Assembly (NCBI RefSeq): GCF_006345805.1
Contig: NC_043000.1
Location: 147,498,001 to 147,562,000 of the forward strand
DNA length: 64,000 bases
Direction: 5' to 3'
Source of the DNA: Octopus sinensis
Taxonomy: Eukaryota
The notes under the pieces are model-generated. The model saw only the letters and a program-made list of their open reading frames with translations. It searched no databases and was not told the DNA's origin. Below are positions 55,831 to 64,000 of this stretch, in pieces (positions within the stretch are counted from its first letter, which is position 1; the number at the start of each line of letters is the position of its first letter). Position numbers and translations under genes: made by a program.

Positions 55831-57021
55831 TACAAGGGTTGGCTGAAAAAGTTCATAGGCTGACCAAGATACTCTCATGGAATGTGACTAAATGAGGTTT
55901 ATTTTTCAACATAGTGCTCCTTGTGGTCCACACACTTCTTCCAGTGGTGTTGCAGTGCTTGGATCCCATTGGTGAAGAAACTTTTATCCTGTTGGTCAAA
56001 AAAAGTCATCAATGGCAAATATGACATCATCACTGTGACAGTGGTTCCCAGCCGAGTGTTTTTTCATGTTAGGGAACAGATGATAGTCAGATGGGACCAA
56101 ATCAGGAGAAAAAGGAGGGTGACCAAGGTCTTGGGTGCTAGAGCATTTTCCTGATGAAACAAGACACCTTTTTATCAGTTATCCTGGGAATTTGGTTTTC
56201 ATAACCTTTCATAACTGCCTCAGCAAGTTGGCACAGTCTCCATTAATGGTGTGGCCCTTTTGAAGATAGTCAATAAACACAGTACCTTTTAAATCTCTCA
56301 AAATTGAGGTCATCACTTTCCCTGCAAATGAAATGATTTGAGTTTTCTTTGGAGCAGCTGGTGGGGGGGGGGGTGCTTCCACTTCATGAATTGTCTCTTT
56401 GTTTCTGGTTCAAAGTGATGAACCCAACATTCATCCTAAATTAAAAAACATTAAAAATAAATAGCTGGACCTGCCTCAAACAATATCAGATTTTTCCATG
56501 ATGTGTGCCTAGTGTGCTTTTGATCAGGTGTCAGAAGACTTGCACCCACCAAGCAGAAACCTGTATCATGCCATGTTCATTGTGCAGAATATTCTCAACT
56601 CTCCCACAGGATATGCTAATAGCATTGACCATTTAATTTATAGTCAATCGCTTGTCATCCGTTTGCTTGTGGTGAACATGATCAGTGTTTTACTTAGTGG
56701 TTGCAGGGTGTCCAGACCTTGGGTCATCTTTAAACCCCATTCCTTATGTAGCAACCATGTCATCATGAAAGTGCTTGGGAGCTAAACCCTTTTTCTGCAG
56801 GTAACTTGATAACACCACAATGCCGGATTTTTTTTTCCCATTTTCAAGAGAAATTGCTACTACTTACTTTTAAAGCCTTCTCTGAACAGTCAGATGTCAG
56901 TTTACCTAGAAAGAAACTATTCACTTATTGATAAGAAGATTTGGAGTTAATGCCTGCAAGATTTCTTTTTTAGCATCACTCCTTCATAGTTACCCTATGA
57001 ATTTTTCAGCCCACCTTTGTA
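55831..57021 (-). mobile_element. Mariner DNA transposon, decayed, TA-flanked with ~27 bp TIRs
   Basis: TA-caagggttggctgaaaaagttcatagg ... cctatgaatttttcagcccacctttg-TA. Transposase remnant GIQALQHHWKKCVD on the minus strand. Confidence 0.8.
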
Positions 57022-57220
57022 TCAAAATCATGTCTTTTATATTCTTCTATTTCCTAAAACAAGCTTCATAAATATTAAGCTCAGTTCTTAATACTAAAAG
57101 CAGATGCAAAACAATGATAATGAATCTTGCTATTTTTAAATAACAGTGTTATTAACTAGGCATGGAAAATTTATTACTATAGCTGAATCTTCAACTACGC
57201 ATACAAACACAAACACATTC

Positions 57221-57620
57221 TCTTTACTCTTTTACTTGTTTCAGTCATTTGACTGCGGCCATGCTGGAGCACCGCCTTTAATCGAGCAACTCGACCCCGG
57301 GACTTATTCTTTTGTAAGCCCAGTACTTATTCTATCGGTCTCTTTTGCCGAACCGCTAAGTAACGGGGACAAACACACCAGCATCGGTTGTCAAGCAATG
57401 CTAGGGGGACAAACACAGACACACAAACACACACACGCATATATATACATATATACGATGGGCTTCTTTCAGTTTCCGTCTACCAAATCCACTCACAAGG
57501 CTTTGGTCGGCCCGAGGCTATAGTAGAAGACACTTGCCCAAGGTGCCATGCAGTGGGACTGAACCCAGAACCATGTGGTTGGTAAAGAAGCTACTTACCA
57601 CACAGCCACTCCTGCGCCTA
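57221..57620 (-). mobile_element. Same tRNA-SINE family
   Basis: Nearly identical to 5002-5441. Confidence 0.85.
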
Positions 57621-57624
57621 TTCC

Positions 57625-57658
<34 letters not shown>

Positions 57659-58393
57659 TAATTTATATATTTCTATTTCATTGTTATTTCCGAAATAAGT
57701 AACCCCTTTTACTTTGCAAATAAGTATCCGCATCTACATTAATGTCTTGATTACTATTGTTTTATTACAAGGCCGATATATAACAGTAATTGATAATGTT
57801 ATTTTAATGCTTAGCAACCTTGAGAGAAATAAATATATATCTGTAATTACTCTCTCTTTTACTTGTTTCAGTCATTTGACTGTGGCCATGCTGGAGCACC
57901 ACCTTTATTAATTCAGTTATTTTAAAAAATATTTTATCATTTACTCTACTGGTCTGCATAGAGTCTTTTTGATAGTTGTGGCTTACATTATTTTGGGAAA
58001 ATGACAAAAACTATATATATAAATGGCAAAATGTCTGTCTGTGTGTGTGTGTGTGTGTGTCCTTTATACAAATCCACAATTTTTCAGTTAGAGGGCTCAC
58101 ACTTTCTATGGTCATTCAAAACCGCCCAAGGGTGGTCGTCCACATCTTTACATTTCCCCAGTCACCCTGCAAAGCCATTAAAAAATCAGTAGAAGTGACT
58201 TTTTTGTGAATTTTCTATCCAAAAGCCAATCAAAATGCCTGAAACGTGATACGCCAATTGAATGCCAGCTAGCTGTATGTGATTGGTCGGAGATTTGGAC
58301 AGTATTCGCGTGTATGTGCGCACGCATTCAGCTGTATATGCATGCACTAGCACTATGATCCGGCGTTGCCAGGTCATAGTGCTAGTGTATATG

Positions 58394-58436
<43 letters not shown>

Positions 58437-58636
58437 GAGTGAGTGGACAAACAAAAGAAGGACGCTCAGCCAGTTTATTGGGAGTTACATGTATGGATCA
58501 AAACAGTTTGATTCAAATTCATTGGTACTCTTGAGTTTCAAGTGTGATGCTAGTCATCAGGAAAGGGCTGATGACTAGCATCACGCTTGAAACTCAAGAG
58601 TACCAACAAATTTGAATCAAACTGTTTGGATCCATA
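58437..58636 (-). mobile_element. Fold-back element 3: 69 bp arms (58492-58560 / 58568-58636), 7 nt loop, tail 58437-58491
   Basis: About 4 mismatches between arms. (TA)n on both sides. Hammerhead core sits at the arm start, and the tail contains AATAAA on the minus strand. Confidence 0.7.
58566..58606 (+). ncRNA. Degenerate or truncated hammerhead motif (mirrored on the - strand at ~58522-58560)
   Basis: CTGATGA c tagc-atcac-gctt GAAA ctc-aa-gag TA cc. Core and stem III intact; stem II closing pair mismatched; stem I cut short by the hairpin loop. Confidence 0.55.
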
Positions 58637-59272
58637 TATATATGTATATATATTTATATAAACAAACAATCCTCACATTACAGAATCTTGTGCTTATGGA
58701 AATTGTACAATATGACCACAAGTTTTGTGATACACTCTGTAATTTCACTCTTACAAGAACTTGGGTAACTTTTTATAAATTAAAAAATGTAACCATGACA
58801 TTTCAGTGTATATTTTCTTGGATCACAATAATGAATATCTGTCTATCTCTGTTATATATATATATAAACTTCTTTCTATATATATCTCACTATGCAATTA
58901 CCATTATCAAAAACCAATACCATTCTAACACCATCATTTGAATAACCAACTGGCAATAATATTCTCACCATGATATCAGTGTCTATAGCTACATATGCTT
59001 TATATCAACACAATAGTGTGTGTGGAGTTTTGCTGACTCAAATCAGAGATGCAAGGAGTGAAATGTCCATAAATCTGGTAACCCTTCAACTCTATGTAAC
59101 CATACGGTACTTCCTCCGACCTCCCTCTTTTACTTATTCATCTTATTTCTATTCTTACATCCATAGAAATAGAGTAATTTCTTGCTCTTTCAAAGCAATT
59201 CTCTCCTGATGTTATTATTTTTGCTACATATTTGTTGATTGCCACCGCTGGTGGATATATCTATAATTTAAG

Positions 59273-59700
59273 ATGTCTGGAAAGAAGATACCAAGTGGAA
59301 CTGAAGGCAGTAGTGTGTTAAAGAAATGCAAAAGAATTACATTGATATTAAACTTGAGGTTTTAAAAAGGCTCAATGCTGGGGAGAAAATCAGCCCCAAA
59401 ACATCCAGAATCACCTTAGCAGTGTACAAAACATCCAGAATAATCTTAGCCATTGTCTCCAAAGTGTAGTCAGGAGGGTTATAAAAGCTGAGAAAATCTT
59501 TGTGGACATCTTGGTTTTTCAGAAACATAAAGACCATAACTGATTCTTGTTCCAGGCCAAAGCAATCACATATAACATCAATAAACATGGAATCTTCAAC
59601 TATTTTTCTGATCTCATGCTGGGTGTTACAAGCATATTCCTCCAGGATTTCATTTTGTATGGTTTCAGATAGGAAATTAACTCATCGTTTAAGCTGCTGA
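59273..59700. pseudogene. Adjacent transposase fragments: Tigger/pogo HTH (+, ~59273-59395) and hAT/ZMYM1-like (-, ~59430-59700)
   Basis: Plus strand KRIT/IDIKLEVLKRLNAGEK (frameshifted). Minus strand DVHKDFLSFYNPPDYTLETMAKIILDVL resembles the hAT segment EEFLGF...DTTGETIA. Confidence 0.5.
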
Positions 59701-59847
59701 CTTATTTCTGCACTGTATTCTTCAGCAAGTTCTAACTTTCTCTTCAAAGATTGAACTAGTAACTTCTTTTGATCTTTTACTAAGGATATTTCTTGATCCT
59801 TCAACAATGGAACTGCGAACGGCTATTATCTTTCACTAAAGATTGCC

Positions 59848-60077
59848 TTAACCCTTTCATTACTGTATTTATTTTGAGATGTTCTGTCTTTTTTTCAATT
59901 GATTTTAAATATAACAAAGAATTTAGTAAAATAACTTAGTTATCATTAAGCTAGTGTTAGGAACATAAATTATGACTAAGGTTAAGTGGAAGATTTTAAT
60001 TCAAAACTTCTGAAAACAAGACATTTGTACTACAGAGTCAGAGGCGGTTTCAGCCGGGTTGGTAACGAAAAGGTTAA
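59848..60077. mobile_element. piggyBac-like MITE, second family
   Basis: TTAA-ccctttcattac ... gtaacgaaaagg-TTAA. Confidence 0.65.
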
Positions 60078-60387
60078 TTCTCTCATCATGAAAGTGCTAA
60101 CTGCTATTACCTTTCACTAAGTATGTACTTTAATTAATCAATGAACTGGTAACTACTAATATTGTTTATTAAAGATATTCCTTAATTCTTTCTCTCCAAA
60201 GACAGAATAGTTGGCTTACATGGAAAATTTAGGCTCAATGATATCTGATCCACATGCTCAGCTATTCTAGAAATAACTGTAAGAAACTTTATGTATTATT
60301 TCTTAATCCCTTGTTCACTATAACTACACTGCAATTATGTTGAATTATAAATTACATGTTTTATTTGTTGATCTCTCTTTCTAATAT

Positions 60388-61400
60388 ATCAAGTCATCCC
60401 ATAAGTAATGTCTGAATTTTGGGTATGGGGGGAGAGTGATCTAATCTTACATTTTATTTAAATTTAATCCTATTTATAATAGCAGTTCGCAGTTCATTAT
60501 CAAAGACTTCTTTCCATCATCAGTTTTTTTAATTCCATTAGTAAAAAGCTTCTCTGGTTTTGATGAGAAGAGTGATCAGTTTCAACCTCTTTGGGGTTTT
60601 TGAGTACTAATTCATCAGAATGATGTTTTCTGATGTAATTTTTGCAGTGTGGAGCCTTGCATTATCATGATGAACCACCACTCCCCTACGGTTTGCCAAA
60701 GCAGGCCTTTTTTTTTTATTCAAAGCAGCATTCAAATGCTCCAGTTATTGGCAATAGGTGTGAGCAGTAATTGTTTTTTTTTAGTTGGTTGCAGCTTAAA
60801 GTAGATCACTCCAATGCAATCTCACCAAATAGAAAGAAGAACCTTTTTTGCAAGGCAGTCCCTTTTGGGTTGTGGTTCAGCCTGTTCTCCATTGCCTGTG
60901 TCGCTTAACATTTTCATAAAAAATCCATTTTTCATCATCACCAGTCACTAATCTGTTCGAAAATGGTGAGATACATTCATGAGGGTGACGAGACGAGCAA
61001 ATGTCCACTCATGATTTTCGGTTGGTATGTCTCCGTTCATGGGGAACCCCTTTTCCAAGTTGGGCATCTTTCCAAGCTGTTGAAGATGGCGATAAATAGT
61101 CGAATGGCTTGAATTGAGCTTGCTTGCCAGTTCTTTAACTGACACAACGTTATTCTTCTCAAGCTCTGACAAAAGAAGCTATTGATCAAATTCAACAGAG
61201 CATCTTGTTCGTGACCTCTCTCTTCAGCTGAAATCACTGTTTTTGAACTTTTCAAACTATCTTCTGCAACTTCTTTTGTTCAAGCACTCTTACTCACAAA
61301 CAGAATGGATATTTTGAGTTGCTTCTGCTGCACTGTTTCCCTTTTAAAACTCACAAAGCATAAATGTGCTTTAAATGCTCCTTCGATACATCCATTTCTG
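60388..61400 (-). mobile_element. Mariner transposase remnant
   Basis: HTH ...VKELASKLNSSHSTIYRHLQQLGK, RLVTGD(D)EKWIFYEN and VHHDNARLH motifs. Confidence 0.8.
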
Positions 61401-61559
61401 ACAAGGTTAATATTAGTAATTACTTCAGTTCTTTTGTCATGAAGGTTTGTGAATTCATCCTATGTCTGCATTTAGATGTCAGTTTAGTGATGTGGCTAAT
61501 GAAAGATGCATCATTTCACATGATTACTCTTAAGTCCCATATGTCATTAGCGCTCTGAA

Positions 61560-63600
61560 TCATTCTGGTGTCAAATATTGTGATTTGTATGTATTCCCTC
61601 TGTAACAAAGAACCTGAAATTTTGATGTATTAAATTTCATATTGTTTTAATCCACCCATTGATAAATGAGGTTTAGCTCATTTTGGAGTGTGACAGCATC
61701 TTCTGGGTTCGGATAGTCATTGATATTTTACATCATCAGCAAAGCTCATTAGTTTGGATGTGTGCACTTGTGATAGATCAATGATAAATAATAATAGTCC
61801 TAGAACTTCTCCCTGAGGGATATCACTTATTACAGGTGACTTTGCAGGCAGAAAGCCATTTGCAGAAACAGATTGGCTCCTACCATGTCAGAAGTCAAAG
61901 AGCCATCCTCTGAAGTTTTCTGTTTTACCAAGATCCCTCAACTTATGACAGATGATTCCATGAACAATCTTGTTAAACACTTAACAAAATCAAAGTATAT
62001 ACAGTTAGTGTCCTTTCCTCTCAAGAGATTATTAAGAATAGTGTTATGGTGTTGTTATAGTCACGAAAGACAACTTCGTCCAGTCCAAAGACCATGCTAT
62101 ATGTCATCTATGAGGTTGTTTTCCTCAAGGTATGTAATTATTCTATTTTGGACAATGTGTTTGTTAATTCTAGATGCGTGGGATGTGAGAAAATAGGTTT
62201 GTAATTTTTAGCTTCTGCCCTGTTACCCTTCTTTGTGTATAGGTGTTAGTATTGTCTTTCAGTAGTTTACCGGTATCTAGTGACTTTTGAAATAGTATAT
62301 CTAATGGCTTCACAAGGCTATTTTTGCACGTTTTTAGCAGTATGAATCTAGGTCATTAACTGTAAGTATATCATCTATAATATTGTTAATTTTCAGATAT
62401 GTCTGCAGTTAAGTCATAAGGATCAAAGAATTCAATTGGCTCATAATGTCAACTCAAGAATGTGCATATTTGTGATGGATCATTTGTATATGATCCATTT
62501 TGATCCGTTAGAGAACCAATCTGAGTTTGTCTAGCTAATTTTTCTTTAGCAAAGTGGAAAAAGAACTAGAAATAGATTTTATATTTTACACTGCTTTGAT
62601 GTTTCTTTTTCATGACACAGTTTTAGGTGCAATTTGGTGTTGTTTCCCCCCCCCCTTAATTGCATCTGTTGAGAGAGTTTAGTTTTTTTAGTTGTTTTGT
62701 AGGTTTGGTTCTGTTACACATCAGTGTCTGTCTATCTCGTGGAATCAAGTGTTTGCAAGAATAGGCGAGTTTATATGGGGCATGCTTCAACAGATCCTAA
62801 TTAACTCTTCATACAGAAACTTCAGTTCCTTGTTAACATTGAGGTTCCCAATGTCCGAAGAACAGCTTATTTTGAGGATTTCACTTTGTTTCCTTCCACT
62901 TGGCCTTCCTGAAATTCAAGTTCATGTGGAGTGGGTTGTGTTTGATGTTATTTGTGTGTGTTGCCCTCTTTGATAATTGAATAATGTTGTGGTTGGAAAT
63001 AGCTGTGGGAATGACCTGAACATTGCGAATGAAATCTGTATTGGTGGTAAAGACTAGGTTGAGTATTTATTTCCCCTAGTTGGACGGGTAATCATTTGTT
63101 GCATGAGAGAGTCTTTAGTGGTGTCAAGTTGTTTAATTTCAGGTTGGATATAGCCCTCTGGTCAGCTGAGAGTAGGAAGATTAAAATCCCCTGCTAAAAG
63201 TACATTGGCCTGTGTGCTGGGCTCATTTGGGATTTGACTTATGAGCAACAAAGCATCTTTGCAGGGATCTCCCTAGTTAGCTTTGTCAGCAAGACAGTAA
63301 GTTAGTTAGTTAGTTAATACCTATGATCAAGATGAGGTCAATCACATGGATTATTAGTGTATCTTGCCCTATGTTGGAGTGAGAGAGGAGGACATTTGTT
63401 GCCAGGTCTTCTTAGATAAACATCATTATTTCTCTTTGTTTCCATATTCTGTAGTCAGTTCTGAGTAGTACATAACCTGACGTTTGTACATATGTACTTC
63501 CACATCCAATATGTCTGGGGTCAAGGACGCTTCACTTAGTGCTACACATATTGTCCTTTGTCACTGTACAAGGTCTCTCTCGTTGTTCAAAGTCTATAAG
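61560..63600 (-). mobile_element. Highly decayed CR1-like LINE ORF2 (APE endonuclease + RT)
   Basis: Minus-strand remnants VLLAGDFNLP (~63200), KGNRAEAKNYKPI (~62210), YFDFVK (~61990), VISDIPQG (~61820) and SFADDVKI (~61740). Confidence 0.75.
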
Positions 63601-64000
63601 ATATGATACTTTTGTTTTATTTGTGATGTGTGGAAGACCTTGTACATTTTGCATTATTATTGAGTTGAGTTTATCAGTTAACGACAGCAGTGGTGTGGTT
63701 GTGCACTACGATAATAGCAGTGATTGGTGCTGTCTGAGAGCTAGGAGTTTTTTTTCTTGTTTTGGGAGGAGTTGTTGTCTGGAGTTGGTATGGTTGCACT
63801 ATTAATATGATTATAGTTATATTGTTTGCGGCCGTTGATTTTACTATTGTACCCAGTTGATATCTGGGTGGGTTTCTGGGTTTCGATGACAGTCTGAACC
63901 AACGCTACCACCGGAAGGGATGTTTCTCTTGTGGATTTGGTGGTGGTTTGGTGTCATACTTTTACTAGTTTATCGAGTCCCAGGAAGATAAGTTAAGAGA

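Overview
AT-rich, intron- and transposon-rich animal genomic DNA. The SINE and LINE families look like those of Octopus (cephalopod); this is an inference from repeat recognition. The left 36.5 kb holds a spliced minus-strand gene for the mitochondrial complex I PSST subunit, NDUFS7. Its six coding exons join in frame through GT-AG sites, and the last exon runs off the window start. The NDUFS7 start codon lies 65 bp from an oppositely oriented ATG plus splice donor, which suggests a very compact bidirectional promoter (YY1/TISU-like and ETS motifs) driving an unidentified plus-strand gene. Most remaining sequence is decayed mobile DNA: RTE and CR1 LINE pieces, tRNA-derived SINEs, mariner, pogo and hAT remnants, TTAA-flanked MITEs and microsatellites. 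The most unusual signal lies at 47-59 kb. Three fold-back elements of unrelated sequence share one architecture, (TA)n-arm-short loop-arm-unique tail-(TA)n, and two of them carry type I hammerhead ribozyme motifs. A separate tRNA-headed SINE also carries a minimal hammerhead. Together these point to a Penelope-like, ribozyme-bearing, microsatellite-associated retroelement system. All coordinates were counted by hand, and repeat boundaries are approximate.
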